Shown: piece by piece, positions 8,872 to 17,532 of the stretch
How positions within the stretch are numbered: the first letter of the stretch is position 1
Layout: each line of letters opens with the position of its first letter
Virus record (IMG/VR): IMGVR_UViG_3300031566_000014
Location: 14,511-78,510 of that record
Source: a virus
Reading direction: 5' to 3' (one strand)
DNA length: 64,000 bases
Translations under genes and position numbers: made by a program
The notes under the pieces: model-generated
Told to the model about the DNA's origin: nothing
Databases searched by the model: none
The model's input: the letters and a program-made list of their open reading frames with translations, nothing else

Positions 8872-9317
8872 TGCCCATCCTCCTGGATGAATCCCTTGGC
8901 CTTGAGTAAGGCGAGGGCAAGGGCTGCGTTTGGGGTCTTGCACCAACTCCCCCACCACGGGAATATCTTATCGTCGTCCTCGAAAGTGTACGACACCCTG
9001 TATCCGATGCACTGGCCTTCCTCATCCGACGGGTTGTGCATCATGGCGGTTGTTGATCCCGCCGGTACAGACGCGAGCAGTGCCTCCCACATCTGGCCGA
9101 AGAGTTCCCACGAGTCGCCAGAGGCATAGCGCCCAGTGGCATCACATGGAAGTGGCTGATGTTCCCTGATTGCACGGGCCAAGGCAGCATGCCCCAGCGC
9201 CTCGGCCACCATGGCATCGGCCTCCCTGGGCTTCTCCTTGAGCAGCGCGAGCCATTCCGATTCCGTCATCGGAATGCCCGGCGGGCCTTGAGGCCCCTGG
9301 TGCCCTTTGTAACTCAC
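8868..9317 (-). CDS. phage ABA-sandwich domain-like protein
   Basis: READAMVAEALG N-terminus, YASGDSWELF, C-terminal TPNAALALALLKAKG. Confidence 0.6.
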   Translation of the reverse strand: MSYKGHQGPQGPPGIPMTESEWLALLKEKPREADAMVAEALGHAALARAIREHQPLPCDATGRYASGDSWELFGQMWEALLASVPAGSTTAMMHNPSDEEGQCIGYRVSYTFEDDDKIFPWWGSWCKTPNAALALALLKAKGFIQEDGQ

Positions 9318-9673
9318 GGCTGGGCCTCCTTCGGCGCTGTCTTTGGAAGCGTTACGATGCCAGACGCCACCAGCGTCCTGCCGAGTGCTGTGGATAGCGT
9401 TCCGATGAACTCCTCCTCTCGTTCCCCGTTTACGCAGGTGTGGAGCAGCGGAAGCTCGTTGAACAGCGCATGTATCGTCTCGTGCAAGATGCCGTCGAAG
9501 ATTTCGGTGGCCGGGCTGTTTCTTCCGCCCTCTAGGCGCGTGGCAATGCGGATGATGCGCTTCCCGTGCTGCGCCTGTCCGAGCAGGACTCGCACATCGT
9601 CAACGACGGTGCGTTCATATCGGATGGCGTCGTCGCCTCTGAGGCAGCGGATGCGCGTCGGCCAGTCCTTCAC
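9314..9673 (-). CDS. small HExxH metallopeptidase-like protein
   Basis: ILHETIHA followed by EEEFI. Confidence 0.6.
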   Translation of the reverse strand: MKDWPTRIRCLRGDDAIRYERTVVDDVRVLLGQAQHGKRIIRIATRLEGGRNSPATEIFDGILHETIHALFNELPLLHTCVNGEREEEFIGTLSTALGRTLVASGIVTLPKTAPKEAQP

Positions 9674-10080
9674 GACTTGGTCTCCTGAGCGAGTTGGTGA
9701 ATGCAGTCGGCCTTGTGGCAGAGCGCCCCATTGTGGAACTGTCCGCTGCCGCAGTAGTGGCAGACGCGTTCTCCGTTGAGGCGGCCCAACTCCTGCGGGT
9801 CCACGTCCGCCAGCCTCTCCAGGGCCTCCAGCCGCTCCGGCGTGGGGAGGCGGGGGCCGATCTCGATGTCCTTCTCGCTCTCATAGTGAAGCGCGTGACC
9901 GAGCCACCCAGCGAAGATGCAACGGCGTCCGTCATCGAGCGTGACCACGGCGGCGGGCCACCAAGTGCCCTCAGTCCAGCCCTCCTTCCGGCACCAGTGG
10001 AAGGTGTACTGATACCTGCTGGGGGCGGGTCCGGTGTCGGGCGCCTCGGGGGGCAGGACGATGCCATTGGCTTCGCTCAT
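9670..10080 (-). CDS. hypothetical protein
   Basis: Coupled ORF; C-terminal CHYC...HKADC. Confidence 0.6.
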   Translation of the reverse strand: MSEANGIVLPPEAPDTGPAPSRYQYTFHWCRKEGWTEGTWWPAAVVTLDDGRRCIFAGWLGHALHYESEKDIEIGPRLPTPERLEALERLADVDPQELGRLNGERVCHYCGSGQFHNGALCHKADCIHQLAQETKS

Positions 10081-10319
10081 CGGGCTTCCTCCTTGACCAT
10101 CGTCCAGCGGTTTTCCGTCTCCTTCACCTCAAGCCGTGTGGGATATTCGTCACTGTCGAGCGTGATCTTCGGTTCTCCCTTGTGTTTGCCCTCCACCTCG
10201 ATCCTGAAGTGGTCATACATTAGGATATGCGTCTTGCCATCCTTCTCCCAGACGTGGAATGAGCCGTTGCCCGTGTCGATGATGACGCAGTTCTTCTCAC
10301 AGGGCCAGATTTGCAGCAT
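10077..10319 (-). CDS. hypothetical protein
   Basis: GGAGG RBS. Confidence 0.6.
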   Translation of the reverse strand: MLQIWPCEKNCVIIDTGNGSFHVWEKDGKTHILMYDHFRIEVEGKHKGEPKITLDSDEYPTRLEVKETENRWTMVKEEAR

Positions 10320-10527
10320 CGGCTTCCTCCAGGGGGCGGCGGGCGCAGAGCGGCGGTCTCTAGCTAGGGCTCCGCGGGAGCAGGCCCCCGATGCACCTGC
10401 CGCCCCGTGATGTTGATGGTCCCGCCGCCCGGCCGAGTGAGAGACTCGCCGGAGGCGGGTAAGGCTCGGCGCGGGTGGCGGAGTTGTTGTTCATTGGGCA
10501 GTTCTCCAGCTAGTCTCTCTAGTTCAG

Positions 10528-10556
10528 AGTCTACCATACAAAACGCCCCTTGTCAA
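10528..10556 (-). promoter_or_regulatory. sigma70 promoter, leftward arm of divergent pair
   Basis: TTGACA-17-TAGACT with TG extension. Confidence 0.75.
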
Positions 10557-10626
10557 CTCCGGGCGACTCGGATTTCCGCTCCGCCAGACAGATTCTTGTG
10601 GCATTCAGAAAAATCAGACCAGCGGC

Positions 10627-10655
10627 TTGACAAACTAGCTTACCTCATGTATGCT
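10627..10655 (+). promoter_or_regulatory. sigma70 promoter, rightward arm of divergent pair
   Basis: TTGACA-17-TATGCT. Confidence 0.75.
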
Positions 10656-10707
10656 TTGGATAGGCGTTGTCCAGTCCGGCTGACAGTCCGAGTTGAGGAG
10701 AAGGCCA

Positions 10708-11766
10708 GTGTGTGACGGCCCGATTCGTTGCGAGTGCTGGAAGGATGGCTTCGCCCGTGGGCGCAGTGACTACAAGGCCATTCGCGCCCGTGCCGAGAAG
10801 GTCGAGGCTGGATGGGAGCGCGCCGAGTCTGCGGTATCCGCCGAGATGGAGCGTGCCGAGAAGGCCGAGGCGAAGTTCACCGAGATGATGGATTCAGAGC
10901 ACGCGCTGTCGGACGCCTACGTTCGGCTTCGTGTCATTCTAGGGGCGATGAATCCGCCGCGCACGACGCGGGATGGCGCCCTGTTTGAGTACGTCGAGAA
11001 CATCGCCGCAGATCGGATGATAGCGCTGGGAAAGGCCGAGGCGCGCGTCCGCGAAGTTGAGGCCGGCGCTCTGCCGAAGGACTGGGAGGCACATGTCCGC
11101 GCGCTGCGCCGCGAGAATGCCGAGCGGGGGAGGCGCATCCGCGAACTTGAGAAAGAGTTCGCCGCGGCGCAAGACCTCAACCGGCGGCTTGAGGCGGAGC
11201 TTCGGCAGTTCCCCTGGCGTGCGACGGGGGACCGGCTGCGGGTGGCTCAGGCGCGGTGCAAGCGGATGGAGGAGGCGATGAGCCGCAATCCTCCCCCTGA
11301 CAGTGGGCTTCCGCAGGCTTTGGCAGTCCATGCCGAGTGGGGTTGGAATGAAGCCTACGCCCACATCCGCCGCAAGGCGGGCCTCGACGCCCCCGACAGC
11401 CACATAGACGCGCAGTTGGCCGACCTGTTCAAGCAGGCGGATCGTCACTGCCGCGACTGCCGCAACCACGTGCAGGGGTTGCCGAACCCTCAGTGCGACC
11501 AGTGCTCGTTCCCGGAGCGAACGCATTTCGCCGCGAAGGAGGCGGACCGCGGCCCCAAGGGCGAGCCGGGCAAGCCCGCCGCGATCTGGGTGTGCGGCTT
11601 CTGCCACCATGCAGTCAATGAACTGCCTGACGGTGAGCCTGCCGAGTGGTGTTCGCACGATGGGGAAGCGCGCCTGTGCCACTCATGCTGCGCCACTATT
11701 CAGGAGTCGCGCCTTCGCCGCCACGTCTGGGACGGGGAGAAGTTCGCCCCGGAGGAGAAGCCATGA
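10708..11766 (+). CDS. coiled-coil/Zn-finger mosaic accessory protein (Ead/Ea22-like)
   Basis: GAGGAG RBS; RAEKAEA coiled-coil repeats; multiple CxxC. Confidence 0.65.
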   Translation: MCDGPIRCECWKDGFARGRSDYKAIRARAEKVEAGWERAESAVSAEMERAEKAEAKFTEMMDSEHALSDAYVRLRVILGAMNPPRTTRDGALFEYVENIAADRMIALGKAEARVREVEAGALPKDWEAHVRALRRENAERGRRIRELEKEFAAAQDLNRRLEAELRQFPWRATGDRLRVAQARCKRMEEAMSRNPPPDSGLPQALAVHAEWGWNEAYAHIRRKAGLDAPDSHIDAQLADLFKQADRHCRDCRNHVQGLPNPQCDQCSFPERTHFAAKEADRGPKGEPGKPAAIWVCGFCHHAVNELPDGEPAEWCSHDGEARLCHSCCATIQESRLRRHVWDGEKFAPEEKP

Positions 11767-11972
11767 CCTCACTGTGGCTCAGAGACGCTGCCGTCGTGCG
11801 CTTTGCCGGAGAGGGGTGGCTGAATAGGATCGGCTCGTTCTGGGATTATTCAGCCGCCCATTTCCTGTGCGAAGACGCCCTCGACTTCGCGTACGCATGT
11901 CTTGGATGGGAAGAAGCGGTTCGTCGATTTGGCATTGAGCACGAGGAGAAGCCCCCATGCCCGCCTCAGTGA
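11763..11972 (+). CDS. small protein, MTSLWLRD family copy 1
   Basis: Repeat-headed ORF with RBS. Confidence 0.65.
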   Translation: MTSLWLRDAAVVRFAGEGWLNRIGSFWDYSAAHFLCEDALDFAYACLGWEEAVRRFGIEHEEKPPCPPQ

Positions 11973-12223
11973 AACCGAGCGTCCGCGTAGGTGTTCTGGA
12001 CTGCCTCTCGACCGGCGCTCTGCTATCGGAACTTCGCAACCGAGCGTCAGACGTGCCGAACACGCTTCTGGTGCAGAACGAAGCCGGCGAGCAAAGCGAA
12101 GCGATTGTGACGGACGCTCTGTGCGTTGGCGAAGGGCGCTTTCTCGTGTCCTTCGACGGCGACGTGTACCAGCGGCTCAACATGCTCGTGCTTGAAGCGG
12201 ATAAGCCCAAGGAAAAGCCATGA
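11957..12223 (+). CDS. small protein, MPASV family copy 1
   Basis: Repeat-headed ORF with RBS. Confidence 0.65.
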   Translation: MPASVKPSVRVGVLDCLSTGALLSELRNRASDVPNTLLVQNEAGEQSEAIVTDALCVGEGRFLVSFDGDVYQRLNMLVLEADKPKEKP

Positions 12224-12441
12224 CCTCGCTGTGGCTCAGAGACGAGTTCGCCAAGCCGTGGGGAGGCCCTAACGGCCCAGGAATCTGGTGCGGCAACTTC
12301 TGGGACGTGATCGTCGGCATTCACATGTGGGACATGACCACGCGCGAAGTCATTGATCCTGAGTTTGGCGTTGGCTATGAGACGACGGTGCCCATCGGTG
12401 TATGGGAAGAAAGCGGCCATGTGGCCGTGATGGAAGCATAG
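12220..12441 (+). CDS. small protein, MTSLWLRD family copy 2
   Basis: Repeat-headed ORF. Confidence 0.65.
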   Translation: MTSLWLRDEFAKPWGGPNGPGIWCGNFWDVIVGIHMWDMTTREVIDPEFGVGYETTVPIGVWEESGHVAVMEA

Positions 12442-12452
12442 GAGAAGCCCCC

Positions 12453-12668
12453 ATGCCCGCCTCAGTAATCACCATTCCTGTTGGCAACCCGTCGATGTGG
12501 CACAGGAACATGACAGTTCTCGTCGTTGGCTATGCCTCCGGCAGGATTCTGTCTGTGAACCATCATGAACGGACTATTCGGGTCCTGCTTGATGGTCGTC
12601 TTGAGACTTCGATACCGAAAGGCACGCTCATCCTGCCTAGAGGGAAGCCCCCATGCCCGCCTCAGTAG
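12453..12668 (+). CDS. small protein, MPASV family copy 2
   Basis: Repeat-headed ORF with GGAG RBS. Confidence 0.65.
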   Translation: MPASVITIPVGNPSMWHRNMTVLVVGYASGRILSVNHHERTIRVLLDGRLETSIPKGTLILPRGKPPCPPQ

Positions 12669-12835
12669 TCCGCTGCCGGTACCCAGACGGGACGCTTCAG
12701 CAGATGCGCACCAGCACGTCGAGCGGGCCGCTGGCCATTCAGGCGTTTCGGCTCTGGGAGCGCGTCCAAGCGTTGAAGCAGAGAGCAGCGATGCCGCATC
12801 AGGGAGCAGAGCGCAGGGAGGCCCCGAATGCCTGA
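12653..12835 (+). CDS. small protein, MPASV family copy 3
   Basis: Repeat-headed ORF. Confidence 0.6.
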   Translation: MPASVVRCRYPDGTLQQMRTSTSSGPLAIQAFRLWERVQALKQRAAMPHQGAERREAPNA

Positions 12836-13067
12836 CCGCCTGTGCCCCGGCCCGAAGGGAGAACCGCACGCCGGCATTCCGCCGCCGCTGCTGCGACGCA
12901 AGAAGCTGTGCCCAGCCTGCCGGGCCAAGGCGCGGCGCGCCGTGAACCGCCGGACGCAGCGGGCGTTCCGAGCGAGGAAGAAGCGGCGGGCCATGGAGCT
13001 GCTGGACAGTCAAATCGCCTACCTGACTCCAGACGGGCCTGTGTTCAAGGAGAAAGCCGATGGCTAG
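12828..13067 (+). CDS. basic Zn-finger-like protein
   Basis: LCPACR followed by Arg/Lys-rich helix. Confidence 0.55.
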   Translation: MPDRLCPGPKGEPHAGIPPPLLRRKKLCPACRAKARRAVNRRTQRAFRARKKRRAMELLDSQIAYLTPDGPVFKEKADG

Positions 13068-13431
13068 GGTCAAGTTGCTTCGCTTCGTCAATGAGGGCGG
13101 CCTGGACGTGTGGCTGCCCGGCACCGAGGGCCTGTGCGAGTGGAGGCGGGTCGTGCATGCGCGACGCTTCATTGTCCAAGACGGTCAACCTACAATTACG
13201 GTAGAAGAGGACATTCTAGGAACTCCGAAACTGTTCATCATCCGCGGCCTCGGCCCGCGCGAGGACGACGCCCTGTGCCTGCCCGTTGTACGGCGCGAGG
13301 ACGGCACGCTCGAAGCGGACACCTCGCAGGGTGCCGCTGGCCAGGTGAAGTCCTGCCGTGAGCTTCCTGCGGGCTACTGGACGTTCATCCGCCCGCTGCA
13401 AGAGGGCGACCCCGAGATTCCAGGAGCGTGA
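13060..13431 (+). CDS. hypothetical protein
   Basis: AAGGAG RBS. Confidence 0.6.
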   Translation: MARVKLLRFVNEGGLDVWLPGTEGLCEWRRVVHARRFIVQDGQPTITVEEDILGTPKLFIIRGLGPREDDALCLPVVRREDGTLEADTSQGAAGQVKSCRELPAGYWTFIRPLQEGDPEIPGA

Positions 13432-13610
13432 CAATGAACCCTGACTGCCTGACGCGATCCGAGAAGGACGCTTTGCGGCGCGGCGAACCGGTGCAGGTGG
13501 GCAATCACAGATACCTGCTCTGCCCCCAGTGCGGGAAGATCGTCTGCATGACGAAGCGCCTGTTCGGCGCGCTGCATGTGTGTACTGGTCGCAAGATTCC
13601 GGGGGCCTAG
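13428..13610 (+). CDS. small Zn-ribbon protein
   Basis: CPQCG...LFGALHVC. Confidence 0.55.
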   Translation: MTMNPDCLTRSEKDALRRGEPVQVGNHRYLLCPQCGKIVCMTKRLFGALHVCTGRKIPGA

Positions 13611-13638
13611 CATTCACGGGGAGGGAAAGGAGAAAGTG

Positions 13639-13857
13639 ATGATCTTTGAGATTGGTGACGTTGTAGTGCTCAAGAGCGGCGGCTCGCTGATGACGGTAGC
13701 TGAACAAGAGCAAGTTGACGGCAGAGCCATCAAGTGTGTGTGGTTCGTCGGTAGCTACCTCCTGAGCAACACATTTCGCAACGAGTCGCTGAGAAAGGCG
13801 ACTGACGCAGAGATGGCGCAGATAGTGGGTTGTGGCAAGGCCTCGCCAGAGTCTTGA
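13639..13857 (+). CDS. DUF2158/YodC-family protein
   Basis: FEIGDVVVLKSGGSLMTV...CVWF signature. Confidence 0.85.
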   Translation: MIFEIGDVVVLKSGGSLMTVAEQEQVDGRAIKCVWFVGSYLLSNTFRNESLRKATDAEMAQIVGCGKASPES

Positions 13858-13865
13858 CAAGCCCG

Positions 13866-13939
13866 CGCCGGGTAGCTCAGCGGTAGAGCAAGAAGCCTCA
13901 TAAGCTTACGCGCAGGTTCGATTCCTGCCCCGGCGGCCA
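13866..13939 (+). tRNA. tRNA with CAT anticodon (Met-elongator or Ile2-like), atypical
   Basis: Acceptor CGCCGGG/CCCGGCG, D arm GCTC/GAGC, loop CTCATAA, T arm GCAGG-TTCGATT-CCTGC, encoded CCA. Confidence 0.8.
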
Positions 13940-13960
13940 TCTGCCGCCCTCGCCAGAGTC

Positions 13961-13989
13961 TTGACAAGGCCGCGCTGAGGCGGTAGAAT
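13961..13989 (+). promoter_or_regulatory. sigma70 promoter
   Basis: TTGACA-17-TAGAAT. Confidence 0.8.
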
Positions 13990-14012
13990 TAGTAGAGCAG
14001 CCCAGCTCTATC

Positions 14013-14050
14013 CATGCTGGCGCCCTCGCTTCGGCGGGGGCGTCGGCATG
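14013..14050 (+). ncRNA. candidate structured RNA hairpin (family of three)
   Basis: CATGCTGGCGCCCTCGC-TTCG-GCGGGGGCGTCGGCATG; related stems at ~14691 and ~15107. Confidence 0.45.
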
Positions 14051-14227
14051 TCCGCCCCGCCTTGTCAGATTCCTCCGACATTTCGGCCCGCCGAGTCCGC
14101 TCCGCCGGACTCCGCGCGTGATGCAGATTGCAAATTGCAACAAATTTCTCTTGCAATATGCACGATGGCGGGCCATACTATACCACTGGTGGTGGATACT
14201 ACGCCCTGAGCGCCCAAGAGGGAAGCA

Positions 14228-14617
14228 ATGCCAGAGGCGAGCGTCTACGAGGCAATGCGGTGTCTCATCTGCACCCGCGAGCTTGACGGCCTCGAAAACC
14301 TGTCGCTCTACGGGCGGCGGAACATCACGGATCACTGGCTCCCTGGAATATGTGTGTTTTGTGCCCCACGGCTGCATAGGGCGTGGCGAAAGCCGAAAAT
14401 GACACCACGGAGCGGGGGGCCGCGCGAGCCATTGAGCGGGCTTCTGCGGCGGTGCGGGTGCGGGGCGATCCTTCGCAAGTGGCGGAAGAAGTGCAACGTG
14501 TGCGCGGGCGTGGCACGCAAGGCGACGTATCGTGCCGCGAACGCCCGACGGAAGCGGGGTACAACAAAACCTTTCCGCCGCCGGCGGCACGCGCGGAAAA
14601 GTCACGCAGCAGGGTAG
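14228..14617 (+). CDS. basic Cys-rich (Zn-binding) protein
   Basis: CLIC, CVFC, CGCG, CNVC; upstream TTGCAA-17-CATACT. Confidence 0.6.
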   Translation: MPEASVYEAMRCLICTRELDGLENLSLYGRRNITDHWLPGICVFCAPRLHRAWRKPKMTPRSGGPREPLSGLLRRCGCGAILRKWRKKCNVCAGVARKATYRAANARRKRGTTKPFRRRRHARKSHAAG

Positions 14618-14683
14618 AGAAGCGGCCTCTCGCCGGCCCCATAAGTCGGAGATACGTGGGTTCGACTCCCACCCCTGCCACCA
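14608..14683 (+). tRNA. tRNA-Met(CAT), initiator-like
   Basis: Acceptor AGCAGGG/CCCTGCC with 1:72 mismatch, A11:U24, loop CCCATAA, T arm GTGGG-TTCGACT-CCCAC, ACCA end. Confidence 0.8.
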
Positions 14684-14750
14684 TCTACGGTGACGCCCTC
14701 GCATCCTGCGGGGGCGTTGGCATGTCAGGGGAGCGCGAAAGGAGCCAAAT

Positions 14751-15053
14751 GTGTCTGACGAACAGGTCGTGTCTGACGAGGAAAAGCTGGCCGGGTTGGT
14801 TGGTTTGACTCGTGACACACTGGAGGATGCCAGGACCATTGAGGAGTTTGGTGAGCGCTTGAGCAAGCATCTCATCCACAAGAGAGCCGACGACGAAGTG
14901 AGGCCCAGGGTGCGCGGCCATTATCACAACGTCGAGAAGAACGTGAAGGCAATCCACTGTTGCATCAAGCGGGTGTTCTACCAGCTTGGTGAACTGCTGA
15001 ATTGCGTCATCCCGGAGATGCAGGACGACCAAGAACCTGCTGCCAAGGGATGA
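14751..15053 (+). CDS. hypothetical protein
   Basis: AAAGGAG RBS, GTG start. Confidence 0.6.
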   Translation: MSDEQVVSDEEKLAGLVGLTRDTLEDARTIEEFGERLSKHLIHKRADDEVRPRVRGHYHNVEKNVKAIHCCIKRVFYQLGELLNCVIPEMQDDQEPAAKG

Positions 15054-15169
15054 GTCCCCGATTGCCTGTGTTGGATTAGCTGACCGCCCACGTGGCGGAA
15101 CAGTACAGGCGCCCTCGGCTAGACAGCCGGGGGCGTCGGCATGTCAGGGGAGCGCGAAAGGAGAAGTCG

Positions 15170-15301
15170 GTGCCTAAGAAGCTGCACGACAAGCTAGCGC
15201 GCGAGGCCCGCCAGAAGGGCTACACCGGTGAGCGCGCGGACCGCTACATCTACGGCACGATGGAGAACATTGCGAAGGCCAAGAAGCGGAAGGGCAAGTA
15301 G
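15170..15301 (+). CDS. small basic phage protein
   Basis: AAAGGAG RBS; MPKKLHDKL...ADRYIYGTM. Confidence 0.6.
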   Translation: MPKKLHDKLAREARQKGYTGERADRYIYGTMENIAKAKKRKGK

Positions 15302-15302
15302 C

Positions 15303-15851
15303 ATGGCCCGTCTCAGCCTCCCAGAGCAAGCCTTCCTTCGCAAGCTGGCGCGGATCGACCCGCGCGATCACAAGGCCGTCTACGCTGCCTACCGCGAGGC
15401 GTTCAAGCTGCCGGAGGACACGCCGGCGGACAAACTGGCTCCGAGCGTCAGGAAGATTCGCGGCAAGTTCGAGGCGTTGGACTTCCTTGAGAACGAGCGG
15501 GCGCGTGCGGAGGAAGGGCAGGCGGCGGCGGCGGCGCGTCAGGACGTGGCTATGTTCGACCGCGACAGAGCGTTGGCGGAGATGGAGCAGGTGACAATCA
15601 ATGCCGTCACGGAGAAGTTGCGCGATCCGGAGACGGGAGCGCGCGGCGTTTCGGACCTCGGCGGAACGGCGGTGAAGTTGCTCGCGCGCACGAAGCAGGG
15701 CAAGTTCGACGCGGCGGTCATCCGCCAGAAGTCGGCGCTCCTTCGCCAGTTGACGGATGCGAAGAAGCAGCGCGACGAGGACGCCGCGCATGGCGAGAAG
15801 CCGGAAGACCCCCCCATCATCGCACCTGGGCAAGACTATGGCACAGCCTGA
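15303..15851 (+). CDS. putative terminase small subunit
   Basis: Helical protein directly upstream of and overlapping terL (positional inference). Confidence 0.55.
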   Translation: MARLSLPEQAFLRKLARIDPRDHKAVYAAYREAFKLPEDTPADKLAPSVRKIRGKFEALDFLENERARAEEGQAAAAARQDVAMFDRDRALAEMEQVTINAVTEKLRDPETGARGVSDLGGTAVKLLARTKQGKFDAAVIRQKSALLRQLTDAKKQRDEDAAHGEKPEDPPIIAPGQDYGTA

Positions 15852-17532
15852 AGCTGACGTGCTGGATGCAGAGCTTGAGGGTGACGACCTCGACGCGCGG
15901 ATCGCGCGCCTCACACGCGAGCTTCTACTGGACAATCCAGCGGCGGCGCTCAGCGGCTTCGAGCCGTGGAAGTCCCAGCGGCCGTTCTTCTACGACGACC
16001 ACATGGTCTGCTACGTGACGGGCGGGAACAAGTCGGGGAAGGACTACATCCTGTGCACGCGGCTGGCGATTGCGGTGACGCGGATCGAACCGCTGTCACT
16101 GCCCGGTTCGCTGCGGTTCGTTCCTGAAGCGCCCATCTTCTGCCGCTACTATGTGCCCGTGGCGCAGACGTGGGAAAAGAGCATCCTGCCGATGCTCTTG
16201 GAGATGATCCCCGTCGAGTTCCGCAACAGTTCCCGCAGTTCCGATGGCAGCGGCTACAACCAGAAGGACTGCACGGTGCATCTGGTGGACGGGGGCTGGA
16301 TACAGGGCTGCACCTATACGGCGCACAAGCAGGACGAGTCCCGGTCGCAGGCGGTGCGGTTGAATCTGGCGTGTCTGAGCGAAGTTCCGCCGCAGGACTT
16401 GCACGATCAGTTGACGGGTGCCCGCACGATACTTGAGCCTGGTGCGAAGGTATGGGGCGCCATGACGATGGACAAGCGGCTGTCGAAGTATCCGATGGGC
16501 TGGGTTCGGAAGCGGATCATCATGGGCGGCGACGGCCCGATGGTGACGCGGATGAAGATCAGCACGGTGGAGAACGTGTACGGCATGGCCGCCTTGTATG
16601 AGAAGGCAGGCCAGCCAGAGAAGGCGAAGGCCCTTATCGCAGGTCTTGAGGCGCGGCGCAGGATGCTTCCGCCGCAGGACTACGCGGCGCAGGTTCTAGG
16701 CGAGTGGGCGGGCATGGAGGGCATCGTCTACAACCGATTCGACGAGCACGACAACGCCTATCTGGACGGCGAGGACGTGGACCCGCAGGTGTGGCGGACG
16801 CTGGCCGACAAGGGCTACGGCATCATCGAAGCCGGCTGGGACTACGGGAAGGCGGCACCGACGAGCATCCAGTACTACTTCCTGTGCCGCGAGGGTGTCG
16901 AGGACTTGCAGCTTGTCGAGGGCGACGTGATTCAGTTCGCGGAGTACTACCGGGCGGGCGCGCGGGTGCCCGAGCATTTGCTCAGGGTCATCGAGCTTCA
17001 CAAGCAACTGCGGCCTTCGGCGTACTTCTTCGACCCGCACATGGACGACAGCCAGGACGACGCGCCGAGCGTCATCAAGCAGTACGTCGAGGCCATGTCG
17101 AAGGCGTGCGGCCCGATCAATGTGCATCCTGGCAACAACTCGCCGGGGTCTGTGGACGCTGGCGTCGAGTTCGTGGCCCGGCTTCTGACAAAGCGTGAGG
17201 AGCCGTTTCCGTGGCCGCAACTGCGGGTGGTGGTTCCGCGCTGCCCGAATGCCTGGGAGTCGTACATCTGCTGGGCGCTGGTGAAAGGCGCGGAGAACAT
17301 GTCGTCTGGCGAGAAGTACGAGGAGGAGTACAAGCACGCCAACGACTGCACGCGGTACTTCCTGTCGCATCACGGCGAGTTGCGTCCGCCGGAGCCGGCG
17401 TGGGAGCAGCCGCGCCAGCCGCTCGTGTGGCTGATTGACGGCGAGCGGCGGCGGCCGCGCGCCGCGACTCCGAACGGCAGGCTTGCGGCGCAGATGAATT
17501 CCATGGTCGAAGCATACAGGGCGCTGGCATGA
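15838..17532 (+). CDS. terL: terminase large subunit
   Basis: Walker A GGNKSGKD, ISTVEN, LGEW..EGIVY, nuclease AGWDYG, FFDP, HANDCTRY. Confidence 0.9.
   Translation: MAQPEADVLDAELEGDDLDARIARLTRELLLDNPAAALSGFEPWKSQRPFFYDDHMVCYVTGGNKSGKDYILCTRLAIAVTRIEPLSLPGSLRFVPEAPIFCRYYVPVAQTWEKSILPMLLEMIPVEFRNSSRSSDGSGYNQKDCTVHLVDGGWIQGCTYTAHKQDESRSQAVRLNLACLSEVPPQDLHDQLTGARTILEPGAKVWGAMTMDKRLSKYPMGWVRKRIIMGGDGPMVTRMKISTVENVYGMAALYEKAGQPEKAKALIAGLEARRRMLPPQDYAAQVLGEWAGMEGIVYNRFDEHDNAYLDGEDVDPQVWRTLADKGYGIIEAGWDYGKAAPTSIQYYFLCREGVEDLQLVEGDVIQFAEYYRAGARVPEHLLRVIELHKQLRPSAYFFDPHMDDSQDDAPSVIKQYVEAMSKACGPINVHPGNNSPGSVDAGVEFVARLLTKREEPFPWPQLRVVVPRCPNAWESYICWALVKGAENMSSGEKYEEEYKHANDCTRYFLSHHGELRPPEPAWEQPRQPLVWLIDGERRRPRAATPNGRLAAQMNSMVEAYRALA

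Noticed and set aside
13970-14030. Third (amber suppressor) tRNA and stop-codon recoding
   Set aside because: TAGAGCA and CTCTA are present but there is no T arm or acceptor stem; core genes are intact in the standard code and several end in TAG.
13866-14683. tRNAs as prophage attachment sites
   Set aside because: No integrase, no duplicated tRNA 3' end and phage-like genes on both sides.
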